Positions 30,065 to 41,256 of a stretch of 64,000 nucleotides of DNA are shown one piece after another. The position numbers and the translations under genes are program-made. How positions within the stretch are numbered: position 1 is the first letter of the stretch; every line of letters starts with the position of its first letter. This stretch comes from Gemmatimonadales bacterium UBA7889 (GTDB taxonomy: Bacteria > Gemmatimonadota > Gemmatimonadetes > Longimicrobiales > Gaopeijiaceae): the NCBI GenBank assembly GCA_002501085.1, contig DLRL01000019.1, positions 31,885 through 95,884 of the forward strand, written 5' to 3'. The notes beneath the pieces were generated by a model that saw only the letters and a program-made list of their open reading frames with translations, searched no databases and was not told the DNA's origin.

Positions 30065-30931
30065 TCACGACCCCAGCTCAGCTGGAACAAAGGCAACGAT
30101 CCTGAGTGGCCCGCCGCTACCTCCCTTGATCTTCATGGGTAACGCAACGACAAAGCTCCCTGTAACCGGTAGTAAATCAAGGTTCGTGATATTCTCGAAG
30201 CCTGAAATGTTTTCTCTATAAAGAATTACATGAGCACGAAAGTCTGATGACTGTCCGTAGTCGATACTTGGCGTGTCGATACCAAGAGCAACGATTCCCC
30301 TCTCATCTACCAGCCACTGGGCTAACTCTTCACTGATACCTGGAAAATGAAGCTGAGCGACAGCTTCCTCACCGGTCATATTCGTGCCTAAATAAGCGGT
30401 ACGGTCATCCCAACGGTCTGACCATCCGGTGCGAATCAAAAGTATGGCACCATCCTGAATATCTCCGTTTACTGCCTCCCAAGTCGTAAGATCCTCTATT
30501 GAAACCAGGTAGTCTGGATCAACTTTTTCAGATACATCGACAACGGCTGCCGGACCGATGAGTCCCGACAGGGGGATCTCGTCATTCATGAGCCCGCCAT
30601 CAGCAAAATGAATCGGTGCATCGAGGTGCGTACCTCCATGCTCAGCAGAAGCAAGCTGATATGAGGCGTAAAACCAGCCACCTTCAGTCTGGCCAAAAGC
30701 GAGCTCCTGAAGCTGGAAACCCGCGGTATCAGTCGGCCAGTAAATCGTTGACTCAGCAAATGAATGGGTAAGGTCTACCCATCGCCCAGCACTGCCATCG
30801 AATACCCCTGAATAACCTGACGGTGCGGCCTGACAGCTAGAGATTACAGTAATACATAGGATCAACAGCATCCGGACTCCACCTAACTGCCGCCGGGATG
30901 TCATTGGCGAACACCAGCATCTGGACATCAC
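30065..30931 (-). CDS. Cyclase-family protein (kynurenine formamidase-like fold), probable lipoprotein
   Basis: Leader ...RMLLILCITVISSCQ is lipobox-like. DLTH...HGGTHLDAPIHF matches the putative-cyclase family pattern. The first ATG overlaps the kbl stop by 4 nt. Confidence 0.75.
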   Translation of the reverse strand: MMSRCWCSPMTSRRQLGGVRMLLILCITVISSCQAAPSGYSGVFDGSAGRWVDLTHSFAESTIYWPTDTAGFQLQELAFGQTEGGWFYASYQLASAEHGGTHLDAPIHFADGGLMNDEIPLSGLIGPAAVVDVSEKVDPDYLVSIEDLTTWEAVNGDIQDGAILLIRTGWSDRWDDRTAYLGTNMTGEEAVAQLHFPGISEELAQWLVDERGIVALGIDTPSIDYGQSSDFRAHVILYRENISGFENITNLDLLPVTGSFVVALPMKIKGGSGGPLRIVAFVPAELGS

Positions 30932-32178
30932 CGATAGGCTTCCAGTAGACCCAGCACATGGTCAATGTCTGCCTTGGTATGGTCGGCATTAATCTGCGTA
31001 CGGATTTCCTCATCCCCTCGCGGTACTACGGGATAAGTCAAGCCGGTAACGAGAACTCCACTGTCATACAGGTATGAGACCAGGTTCTTTGTCCTTTCCG
31101 TATCCCTGATCATGAGAGGTACAACTGGATGCTCGCCGGGTATCGTCTCGATTCCCAACCGATCCAGCCCTTGCTCAAAATGTTGTGTGAGGTCCCGGAG
31201 TCGCTCCAATAGCGCGATGCCTTCTGGACTATCTACGATTTCTACAGAGCGCAGTGCAGCAGCTGCCTCGCCAACTGTTATCGGATTCGAGTAGATATAC
31301 ATCTGCGATGATTCCCGAAGGAAATGAACGGTCCCGGCATTCGTCGCGACATAGCCACCGTTAACACCGAATGCTTTTCCCAGGGTACCCACAAGGATGT
31401 CGGCTGGTTTGCTGTTCGTGAACTCCTCAGCCCCCCTTCCCGTATGGCCAAATGCACCGACTCCATGAGAGTCGTCTACCACACATACCACATTTTCTTC
31501 GTAATCCGAGTCATGCCTAATGCACAGCTCTACTATCTCATCAACAGGCGCATGGTCACCCCTCATCGAGAAAATGCCATCGGTGACTACCAGCGCTCGC
31601 CTGGCCTTACCCTTCCACGCTTCGAGTGCCGCATCTAATGCCCCCATGTCATTATGAGGATAGACAGCCTTACCCGCTGGCCGACTCAACCTCATCGCAT
31701 TGATAATGCAGTTGTGGTTGAGTTCGTCAGACACCAATACGGTCTCAGGTGTAGTCAACGGTGTAATCGTAGATACGACTGTCGCGTAGGCAGATGAAAA
31801 GATCATTGCGGCCTCTCGACCATGAAATTCCGCAAGTTTCTCTTCCAGAACGATGTGTGCGTCATAGCTACCGGAGATGAATCTCACGGCACCAGGCCCG
31901 GCTCCGAACATCCGAGTCGCATGTTCTTCTGCAGCAATAACTTCCTCTCTCAGACCCATGCCAAGATAGGAGTTGGAATTCATGCGGATAAACTCTTGAG
32001 GCCCCTCGCCCTTCAATAGAAATCGAGGACCGCGGTCATCCTCAGCAGGCTTGACCGAAACCACAATGCTTTCCTCACCCTTAGCTGTCCCAGCCTCTTC
32101 AAGCGCCAGCACATGGTCATCAAGCACTCTCGTAAGTCTGTCTAATGGCACGGCACAACACTCATTTGAGATGTTCAA
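30928..32178 (-). CDS. kbl: Glycine C-acetyltransferase (2-amino-3-ketobutyrate CoA ligase)
   Basis: AONS/Kbl-family PLP enzyme (SNSYLG, DDSHGVG, GTLGKAFG), immediately downstream of tdh. Confidence 0.85.
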   Translation of the reverse strand: MNISNECCAVPLDRLTRVLDDHVLALEEAGTAKGEESIVVSVKPAEDDRGPRFLLKGEGPQEFIRMNSNSYLGMGLREEVIAAEEHATRMFGAGPGAVRFISGSYDAHIVLEEKLAEFHGREAAMIFSSAYATVVSTITPLTTPETVLVSDELNHNCIINAMRLSRPAGKAVYPHNDMGALDAALEAWKGKARRALVVTDGIFSMRGDHAPVDEIVELCIRHDSDYEENVVCVVDDSHGVGAFGHTGRGAEEFTNSKPADILVGTLGKAFGVNGGYVATNAGTVHFLRESSQMYIYSNPITVGEAAAALRSVEIVDSPEGIALLERLRDLTQHFEQGLDRLGIETIPGEHPVVPLMIRDTERTKNLVSYLYDSGVLVTGLTYPVVPRGDEEIRTQINADHTKADIDHVLGLLEAYR

Positions 32179-33097
32179 GCATGTCTTTAGTCATTGATTC
32201 AATATCAAATAATGGTTCCCAACTCCACTCTTTTCGAGCAGCCTCATCGTCGATACGGTCTGGCCACGAGTCAGCGATAGCCTGCCGGACTGGGTCAACA
32301 TCGTAATCGATCGTAAAGCCCGGAAGATGTTTCTGGATCTCGGCAGATAACATCTCTGGTGTAAGCTGCATCGCAGTCAGGTTGAATGCGTTTCTATGCT
32401 CAAGTGCATCCTGGTCAGCTTCCATAACAGCGATGGCAGCACTGACCGCATCAGGCATATACATCATATCAAGCTTTGTATCCGGACCTAAGAAACAATC
32501 GTAATGTCCATCCTCGACAGCACTGTAAAAGATATCAACGGCCCAATCAGTGGTTCCGCCACCCGGTGGGGCACCGTGTGAGATCAAGCCAGGGTAGCGT
32601 ACGCCACGGGTATCAACTCCGAATTTTCGATGGTAGTAGTTACAAAGAAGTTCACCGGCCAACTTTGTGATCCCGTACATTGTAGTCGGTTGCATCACGG
32701 TGTCCTGAGGTGTGAAATCCTTTGGCGTACCCGATCCGAACACACCGATCGAGCTGGGCGTGAAGACTGCACAACCCTGATGACGGGCAACCTCGAGCAC
32801 GGCTTCAAGGCTTGACATGTTAACACGCCATGCACGTCTGGGATCACGCTCACCAGTTGCTGATAGGACTGCTGCTAGATGATAGATAAGACCGACCTGA
32901 TGGCTTTCTACGGCCTTGCCAAGCGCTTCTGAATCTGTTGCATCCAGGAGCTCGAAGAGTCCCGACTCCGCCATCTCAGGATTGAGTTGACGAATGTCGG
33001 TGGCAATCACTCGTGAGTTGCCGTAGAGACCTCGAAGTTTAGGAACAAGCCATGAGCCGATCTGACCACCAGCACCGGTCACTAGAATGTTCTTCAA
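32162..33097 (-). CDS. tdh: L-threonine 3-dehydrogenase, SDR/epimerase-like type
   Basis: ILVTGAGGQIGS Rossmann motif and YGITK (YxxxK). Overlaps kbl by 17 nt. Confidence 0.8.
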   Translation of the reverse strand: MKNILVTGAGGQIGSWLVPKLRGLYGNSRVIATDIRQLNPEMAESGLFELLDATDSEALGKAVESHQVGLIYHLAAVLSATGERDPRRAWRVNMSSLEAVLEVARHQGCAVFTPSSIGVFGSGTPKDFTPQDTVMQPTTMYGITKLAGELLCNYYHRKFGVDTRGVRYPGLISHGAPPGGGTTDWAVDIFYSAVEDGHYDCFLGPDTKLDMMYMPDAVSAAIAVMEADQDALEHRNAFNLTAMQLTPEMLSAEIQKHLPGFTIDYDVDPVRQAIADSWPDRIDDEAARKEWSWEPLFDIESMTKDMLEHLK

Positions 33098-33195
33098 CTG
33101 CAGAAGCTTCTGGTACCGGACGCTTGAGTCGCTCCGACACTTGGTATGATAAGAACGAAATTGAGGAGTAGTCGGGATAGGGTCTTACTTTCCAC

Positions 33196-34989
<1,794 letters not shown>

Positions 34990-35027
34990 TCATAATTAGA
35001 ACTGGATGTTTCCAGGCCAATTCATCG

Positions 35028-35130
35028 GCCGCGCTCCCTCCGCCGGTCTTAACCGGATCAGGTTCCGAGGGTCTCTCTCAATCCTCTACCGGCGACGATG
35101 TCTTGGTCGCCGCACGCCACTGAGGATGCC
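35028..35130 (-). promoter_or_regulatory. TPP (THI-box) riboswitch in the thiC leader
   Basis: The minus strand reads GGCGUGC-GGCGACCAAGACAUCGUCGCC-...UGAGAGAGACCCUCGGAACCUGAUCCGGUUAAGACCGGCGGAGGGAG. This matches the GGGGUGC...CUGAGA...ACCC...ACCUGAUCYGGWUAAURCCRGCGNAGGGA consensus. It lies about 80 nt upstream of the thiC ATG. Confidence 0.8.
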
Positions 35131-35140
35131 CCTGGCAGCT

Positions 35141-35162
35141 CCTTGAAGCTAAGGCTTCAAGG
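35141..35162 (-). other. Perfect hairpin between the glnK stop and the thiC riboswitch (possible amt-glnK terminator, no U tract)
   Basis: CCTTGAAGC-TAAG-GCTTCAAGG, a 9-bp stem with a 4-nt loop. Confidence 0.35.
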
Positions 35163-35249
35163 ACAGATTTGGTACCAGCACAGAGGGCACATTTCATCGA
35201 TCTTGAAATGGATTCCCGATCTCTTGAGATCGAAACTGAGGGTGGGCAC

Positions 35250-35600
35250 TCACTTCACCGGTGTAACAGCAGCCTTATCCTCTTCACCAGTCCGAATTCG
35301 ATAGATCCTCTCTACTGGAAATACGAAAATCTTACCGTCTCCGACATCACCCGTCCGGCCTGCTTCCAGGATTGCCTCTACTGTGGGTTCTACGAAAGGT
35401 TCGCTTACTCCAATATCCAACATGACCTTCTCGGTCAATTCCATTTTGACCGTAGTGCCGCGGTAGGTTTCGACTGTCTCCATTTCCCCACCATGCCCCT
35501 GGACCCTTGAGACTGTCAGGCCACGCACTTCCTTCCCATAAAGTGCTTTGAGTACATCATTCAGACGGTCAGGACGGATGATAGCCTTGATGAGTCTCAT
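35250..35600 (-). CDS. glnK: P-II nitrogen regulatory protein
   Basis: 116 aa, MRLIKAIIRPDRL...GDGKIFV P-II signature with a T-loop Tyr. It starts 3 nt after amt. Confidence 0.9.
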   Translation of the reverse strand: MRLIKAIIRPDRLNDVLKALYGKEVRGLTVSRVQGHGGEMETVETYRGTTVKMELTEKVMLDIGVSEPFVEPTVEAILEAGRTGDVGDGKIFVFPVERIYRIRTGEEDKAAVTPVK

Positions 35601-35602
35601 GT

Positions 35603-37000
35603 TTATCCTGTTGTTGTGTCGACCGGCAGTTTAGAACCACTATCAATCTCACGATTAGTTTGATTGATGATCACACCAGGAGCCTCATCGTCGAGCAAGA
35701 GAAGTGCTCCTTCACCACTAGTGTAAGCCTCCTCTCCATGGTTCACGATATCCAATCCAATACCTTCATCCTTAGAGGCGACACGCAGAGGCATGGCTAG
35801 GCTCAAACCCTTCAATATTAGGAACGTCAGTAAAGCGCTGTACATGAAGACTGCGATAACCGAAATGGCTTGTACAAAGAACTGTTCCACGTTTCCAAAA
35901 AAGAGCCCATCTGCAATGCCATTGACTGCCTCTTCCGCAAAAACCCCTGTGAGTAAGGCCCCGGTGATACCACCTACTCCATGAGCAGCGAAAACATCAA
36001 GCGAGTCGTCAAGTCGAGTACGAGCCCGCCATAATAGCGCACTGTAACTCGGTGCTGCAGCAAGCGCTCCAAGGACAATTGCAAATCCTGGAGAGATGAA
36101 TCCAGCAGCGGGTGTAATCGCTACTAGCCCAACTACGATCGCAGTCGCTACTCCGACTGCGGTCGTCTTACCTATGCGGACCATATCCAATAAGGTCCAC
36201 ACTAGCACAGTACCAGCTGGGGCCAGCATGGTATTGACGAACGCAAGAACAGCTACGGAATCAGCAGCCAATGCGCTGCCACCATTGAAGCCAAACCAAC
36301 CAAACCAAAGGATGCCCGCTCCCAAAAGCACAAACGGAACATTATGAGGCAGAAGGGCCTGGCGACCATAATCCCTTCTCGTCCCAAGCATCAATGCAGC
36401 CACTACCGCTGCTGCACCAGCATTAATATGCACCACGGCACCACCGGCGAAATCCAATGCCCCCATCTCAGCGATCCAACCTCCCCCCCACACCCAGTGC
36501 GTCACCGGCGCATAGACAACCACACTCCATATAGCAATGAAAATGAGATAGGTAGCGAAACGCATGCGCTCGACCACAGCCCCAGAGATCAATGCTAGGG
36601 TGATGATTGCAAAGGTCCCCTGGAATGCGAAGAAAAGCAGATGAGGGATGGCCCCCTTGGGCTCTAGCCCAACACCATTTAGGAAAGCCATCGAGAGATC
36701 ACCTACGAAGGCATTCCCCTTGCCAAACGCCACGGAATACCCGATGAGAGGCCATAAAACACCCGCAACGCTCAGTGCGATGAAGCTCATCATCATTGTG
36801 TTGAGCGCATTCTTAGACCGGACGAGTCCACCGTAGAAGAGCGCCAACGCGGGGGTCATTAGAAGCACCAGTGCCGTTGCAACAAGCATCCAAACGGTAT
36901 TTGCTGGCGAGATACCAGCTTCACCAACCTGCTCGGCAACTCCCGATGAACACCCAATAATCATAAATAACAGGGTGAGACACATAGATCGGTAAGTCAT
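35603..37000 (-). CDS. amt: Ammonium transporter (Amt family)
   Basis: 11 TM helices with LVLLMTPALALFYGGL, DFAGGAVVHINAG and AAHGVGGITGALLTG. Confidence 0.92.
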   Translation of the reverse strand: MTYRSMCLTLLFMIIGCSSGVAEQVGEAGISPANTVWMLVATALVLLMTPALALFYGGLVRSKNALNTMMMSFIALSVAGVLWPLIGYSVAFGKGNAFVGDLSMAFLNGVGLEPKGAIPHLLFFAFQGTFAIITLALISGAVVERMRFATYLIFIAIWSVVVYAPVTHWVWGGGWIAEMGALDFAGGAVVHINAGAAAVVAALMLGTRRDYGRQALLPHNVPFVLLGAGILWFGWFGFNGGSALAADSVAVLAFVNTMLAPAGTVLVWTLLDMVRIGKTTAVGVATAIVVGLVAITPAAGFISPGFAIVLGALAAAPSYSALLWRARTRLDDSLDVFAAHGVGGITGALLTGVFAEEAVNGIADGLFFGNVEQFFVQAISVIAVFMYSALLTFLILKGLSLAMPLRVASKDEGIGLDIVNHGEEAYTSGEGALLLLDDEAPGVIINQTNREIDSGSKLPVDTTTG

Positions 37001-37156
37001 GGAATACGAGCCCGGGCGGGAGCTTGCATAGATGCGTCTGCGTTAGCCTGTATGTGATCTACATCCATGTGCAGACCCACGCTTGGGAAGCCCAGGAAGC
37101 TAACTTTCTGTAGTTCTTGAAGGCTGCTTGCCAGGGTATTTTTTCTTGTGAGTGAC

Positions 37157-38569
37157 TCAGCAGTCGTAGTAGAGGTCAAACTCATGTGGATGCGGACGCA
37201 ACCGGAGTGGGTCGACTTCGTTTTCCATCTTGTAGTTGATCCATCCAGAAATCACATCGTCCGTGAAAACGCCTCCATTAGTCAGAAAAGCATGGTCCTC
37301 CTCAAGTGCTGCGAGCGCTTCCTCAAGAGAGCCTGGCGTCTGCCCATACTGCGCGAGTTCTTCTCGGCTCATGTCATAGATATCCCGGTCAAGCGGAGCA
37401 CCTGGATCAACTTCATTTTCGATTCCATCGAGCGCCGCCATAAGCATCGCTGAAAACATCAGGTAGCCGTTAGCACTCGGATCGGGACAACGAAACTCAA
37501 GGCGTTTCGCCTTAGGGCTGTTCGAATACATAGGAATGCGAACTGCTGCTGAGCGGTTCCGTTTTGAATAGGCAAGATTCACTGGAGCCTCAAAGCCTGG
37601 GACTAGGCGTCGGTATGAGTTGCTCGTAGGAGCAGCAAAAGCAAGTAGGGCACGTGCATGACGGAGCACACCACCAATGGCGTGCATACACATTGTGCTT
37701 AGTCCTGCATATCCATCACCCGCGAAGAGAGGTGTGCCATCTTTCCAGAGGGAGAGATGGGTATGCATCCCGCTCCCGTTGTCATTGAAAATCGGCTTCG
37801 GCATGAACGTGACAGTTTTACCATGCTGTTTTGCAACATTGCGAATGATGTACTTAAACCAACCCAACTGATCTGCCATGTGCAAAAGTTCAGTGAACTC
37901 AAGATCTATTTCACCTTGGCCGGCAGTACCCACCTCATGGTGATGAGCCTCTACCACCATGCCCAAATCGCGCATCGTATAGACCATCTCTCCCCGGAGC
38001 TCGTGATAGCTATCTGTGGGGCTGACTGGAAAGTAGCCACCCTTGTACCGTGGCTTATACCCTAGGTTGGGTTCCTCGTAACGAGAGGTATTCCAAGCCC
38101 CCTCTACAGAATCGATCTCATAGTAGCCGCTATGCTCGTTCTGTTCGTAACGAACATCATCAAAGATGAAGAATTCTGGCTCCGGACCGATGTAGCACGC
38201 ATCTGCGATACCCGTACCCTTCATGTGCTCAATCGCCTTGCGAGCTACGTGACGCGGGTCACGGGAATAGTCCTCCCTCGTTACTGGATCTACGATATTC
38301 GCTAGCACACTGACGGTTGGGCGCGCGAAGAACGGGTCTATGCGGGCTGTTGAGGCATCAGGAACAGCCAGCATGTCAGATTCATGAATGCCTTGCCATC
38401 CCCGAATTGAAGAGCCGTCGAAACCTACACCATCCTCGAAAGTCCCCTCATCCCAAGTATCGATTGGGTAGGAACAATGCTGCCACGCGCCAAGAAAGTC
38501 CGTAAACTTTAGGTCTACCATTTCGGCACCGTGTTCTTCGGCAAGCTTAAAAAATTCTTTGGGGGTCAT
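37157..38569 (-). CDS. glnA: Glutamine synthetase type I
   Basis: [29 protein letters not shown] and [14 protein letters not shown] use the canonical ATG at 38569 ([13 protein letters not shown]); the ORF track extends to 38629. Confidence 0.92.
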   Translation of the reverse strand: MTPKEFFKLAEEHGAEMVDLKFTDFLGAWQHCSYPIDTWDEGTFEDGVGFDGSSIRGWQGIHESDMLAVPDASTARIDPFFARPTVSVLANIVDPVTREDYSRDPRHVARKAIEHMKGTGIADACYIGPEPEFFIFDDVRYEQNEHSGYYEIDSVEGAWNTSRYEEPNLGYKPRYKGGYFPVSPTDSYHELRGEMVYTMRDLGMVVEAHHHEVGTAGQGEIDLEFTELLHMADQLGWFKYIIRNVAKQHGKTVTFMPKPIFNDNGSGMHTHLSLWKDGTPLFAGDGYAGLSTMCMHAIGGVLRHARALLAFAAPTSNSYRRLVPGFEAPVNLAYSKRNRSAAVRIPMYSNSPKAKRLEFRCPDPSANGYLMFSAMLMAALDGIENEVDPGAPLDRDIYDMSREELAQYGQTPGSLEEALAALEEDHAFLTNGGVFTDDVISGWINYKMENEVDPLRLRPHPHEFDLYYDC

Positions 38570-38645
38570 GGGCGTCTGTGTGTGTGTTTTATCGTGTTGT
38601 GTGGAGGATAAGGACTCAAGCGCCATCATCCCAAATTCGCGTGAG

Positions 38646-38663
38646 TCCCCGCGGCCGCGGGGA
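38646..38663. repeat. Perfect 18-bp palindrome upstream of glnA
   Basis: TCCCCGCGGCCGCGGGGA equals its own reverse complement. It lies 77 nt upstream of the glnA ATG, in the divergent intergenic region. Confidence 0.6.
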
Positions 38664-38945
38664 GCCTAAACTGAAAAGCCCTATCCAGGCAAGGGGGCAC
38701 GAGTCACTGACTCTTAACTCGCCCAAGTGACAGCTAATTAGAGCTGCACTCAGACCCAAGGAAACCCTCTCTCATCAGAGTTATGACAAAATCTAGCACA
38801 GAAGTATTTCAGTCTCACTTGATGGAGCACGAGCTCGAGACTGAATCTATGCTTGTACTTCCGCCATGCTCTAAGAGCTCTATTTTGTGTGCCCTACTGG
38901 GGCACTACACATAACCATCTTCCAGCTTCACTCGAGGTTGCCATC

Positions 38946-41204
38946 ATGGTTCAAATTTCACGTCTTCTGACTCGCTCGGTGATCCTTACCCTGGCATTCA
39001 TGGAACTCCAGGGGGCGTCAGCACAAGAGGCCCCAAAAGTTGTCCTGGGATTCACTCCAGAGTCAGCAGCCCGACAACTAGAACTAGAGAGCCAATACGA
39101 CTCGCACCTAGATGCTGACAACCTCGAGGAATGGATGCGATACATCGTGTCCAAACCAATCTACACGGGTTCACCCCACAATAGAGAAACGGCTTACTGG
39201 ATGGTCGAACAATTCGAGTCGTGGGGCTTTGAAGTGCGTCTGGATGAATATCAGGTGCTTTACCCGACCCCTCGAATCCGGGAACTCGAACTAATAGAGC
39301 CGACCAGCTATACGGCCCAACTTCGTGAACCAACCTTGGTGGAAGATGAAACGTCGGGAATCGAGGAAGATCGACTCCCAACGTTTAATGCATACTCTGC
39401 TGACGGAGACGTCACAGGTGAATTGGTCTACGTCAACTACGGGATCCCCTCTGACTACGAGGAACTAGAGCGCCGCGGCATCAGTGTGGAGGGTAAGATT
39501 GTCATCGCTCGATATGGTGGTTCGTGGAGAGGCATAAAACCTAAGGTTGCGGCTGAGCACGGAGCCATCGGTTGCATTCTGTTCTCCGATCCGAAAGATG
39601 ACGGATACTTCCAGGGTGATGTCTACCCGAAGGGTCCTTACCGCATGGAGCATGGAGTCCAGCGAGGAGCCGTACAGGATATGCCGCTCTATCCTGGAGA
39701 TCCCCTCACCCCATTTGTGGGTGCCACCGTCGATGCCGAACGCTACACTGTCGAAGAAGCACCTACGATCATGAAAATCCCGGTGCTTCCAATCTCTTAT
39801 GCAGACGCATTGCCGCTGCTAAGTGCGATGGAAGGCCCCGTCGCCCCTGCCAACTGGAGAGGGGCATTACCAATCACTTATCACCTGGGTCCGGGTCCGG
39901 CACGGGTACGATTGCACCTTGAGTTCAATTGGGATCTCACACCAGCCTATAACCTGATCGCCGTGATGCGTGGTTCAGACTTCCCAGATGAATGGGTCGT
40001 GCGCGGTAACCATCGTGACGGCTGGGCGATGGGAGCAGCAGACCCGATTTCCGGAATGGTTGCACTGATGGAAGAAGCACGTGCCGTGGGTGAACTCACA
40101 CGCACCGGCTGGCATCCGAAGCGGACTATTGTCTACGCTGGCTGGGATGCTGAAGAGCCCGGCCTCCTCGGCTCGACGGAATGGGCAGAGCACCATAGAG
40201 ACGAACTGCATGAGAAGGCAGTCCTCTACATCAATACTGATGGGAATGGTCGGGGGTTTCTCTCCGCTGGCGGCTCCCACACACTGGAGCGTGTGGTCAA
40301 CCAAGTTGCTAAAGAGGTAGAAGATCCACAGACAGGTGTATCGGTTTGGGAACGATCTCGGGCCACAAGAGCGGTTTCAGGTGATCCGAGTGCGCAAAGA
40401 GAAGGAGACCTCTGGATCGCTCCGCTTGGCTCAGGCTCAGACTATACACCATTCCTTCAGCACCTTGGGATTGGATCCCTCAACATCAGTTTCGGAGGGG
40501 AAAGTGGAGGAGGTTCTTACCATTCTCAGTTTGACTCCTTTGATCACTATACTCGCTTTGGAGATCCAGGCTTTAGCTATGGAGTTGCTCTAGCTAAGGT
40601 GGCCGGCCGACTAACACTAAGGTTTGCTGATGCAGATGTGCTTCCACTCCGGATGGAAAATTACTCGGAGACTGTTAACCGTTACGTGAGTGAAGTTGTA
40701 ACGCTAGCTGACGATCTCCGAGTAGAAACCGTCCAACACAACCGACTCGTTGAAATGGATGCATTCCGTCTTCAAGCTGATCCAACGCAGACATATAATC
40801 CGCCGATGAGCAAAGACGAGGTGCCGTTCTTCAATTTCGCACCTCTCCAAAATGCGGTAGCGAGACTCGAAGACGCTTCTACAGACCTGGATCGCATGCT
40901 TGGTGAACAACTAAGTAACGGAGTCCTGTCCTCAGTCCGCATGACAGAAATCAATCGAATACTACAGAAGATTGAACAGGCTATGACAGACACGGATGGC
41001 CTTCCGGGGCGACCGTGGTTCCGACACACAATTTATGCTCCGGGTTTCTACACTGGATACGGCGTTAAAACCTTACCGGGTATCCGGGAGGCGATTGAGC
41101 AACGTGAGTGGCATCTGGTAGAGCCCCAGATGGAACGCATCGCAGCAGCGCTTGACCGGGTTACCGAGCTGCTTCGACAAGCTACCGGAGGATTAGTGTC
41201 ATAA
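38946..41204 (+). CDS. Exported M28-family peptidase with PA and transferrin-receptor-like dimerisation domains (glutamate carboxypeptidase II-like)
   Basis: Signal peptide from the ATG at 38946. Layout is GCPII/NAALADase-like (PA domain, GNHRDGW, WDAEEPGLLGSTEW, GSGSDYTPF, C-terminal helical dimerisation domain). Confidence 0.8.
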   Translation: MVQISRLLTRSVILTLAFMELQGASAQEAPKVVLGFTPESAARQLELESQYDSHLDADNLEEWMRYIVSKPIYTGSPHNRETAYWMVEQFESWGFEVRLDEYQVLYPTPRIRELELIEPTSYTAQLREPTLVEDETSGIEEDRLPTFNAYSADGDVTGELVYVNYGIPSDYEELERRGISVEGKIVIARYGGSWRGIKPKVAAEHGAIGCILFSDPKDDGYFQGDVYPKGPYRMEHGVQRGAVQDMPLYPGDPLTPFVGATVDAERYTVEEAPTIMKIPVLPISYADALPLLSAMEGPVAPANWRGALPITYHLGPGPARVRLHLEFNWDLTPAYNLIAVMRGSDFPDEWVVRGNHRDGWAMGAADPISGMVALMEEARAVGELTRTGWHPKRTIVYAGWDAEEPGLLGSTEWAEHHRDELHEKAVLYINTDGNGRGFLSAGGSHTLERVVNQVAKEVEDPQTGVSVWERSRATRAVSGDPSAQREGDLWIAPLGSGSDYTPFLQHLGIGSLNISFGGESGGGSYHSQFDSFDHYTRFGDPGFSYGVALAKVAGRLTLRFADADVLPLRMENYSETVNRYVSEVVTLADDLRVETVQHNRLVEMDAFRLQADPTQTYNPPMSKDEVPFFNFAPLQNAVARLEDASTDLDRMLGEQLSNGVLSSVRMTEINRILQKIEQAMTDTDGLPGRPWFRHTIYAPGFYTGYGVKTLPGIREAIEQREWHLVEPQMERIAAALDRVTELLRQATGGLVS

Positions 41205-41256
41205 GACCGACCTAGTGGTTTCGCTCTAGATCCAATCTGGGTTAGGCGCAAATCAG

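Noticed and set aside
12705-30931. Whether the hydrolase island is a horizontally acquired mobile element.
   Set aside because: There is no integrase, transposase, flanking tRNA or direct repeats. Codon usage and composition look like the surrounding genes by eye. I treat it as native accessory metabolism, not a mobile element.
38577-38586. (TG)5 microsatellite next to the glnA start.
   Set aside because: Only five units. This is too short to argue for phase variation, and it lies in the untranslated leader if the canonical start is used.
38840-38860. GGCGGAAGUAC on the minus strand, reminiscent of the ACGGAAGUAGG core of the glutamine (glnA RNA) riboswitch.
   Set aside because: The partner elements (CGUUC ... 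AAGGAACG) are absent. The site is about 280 nt from the glnA start and sits next to the start of the opposite-strand gene.
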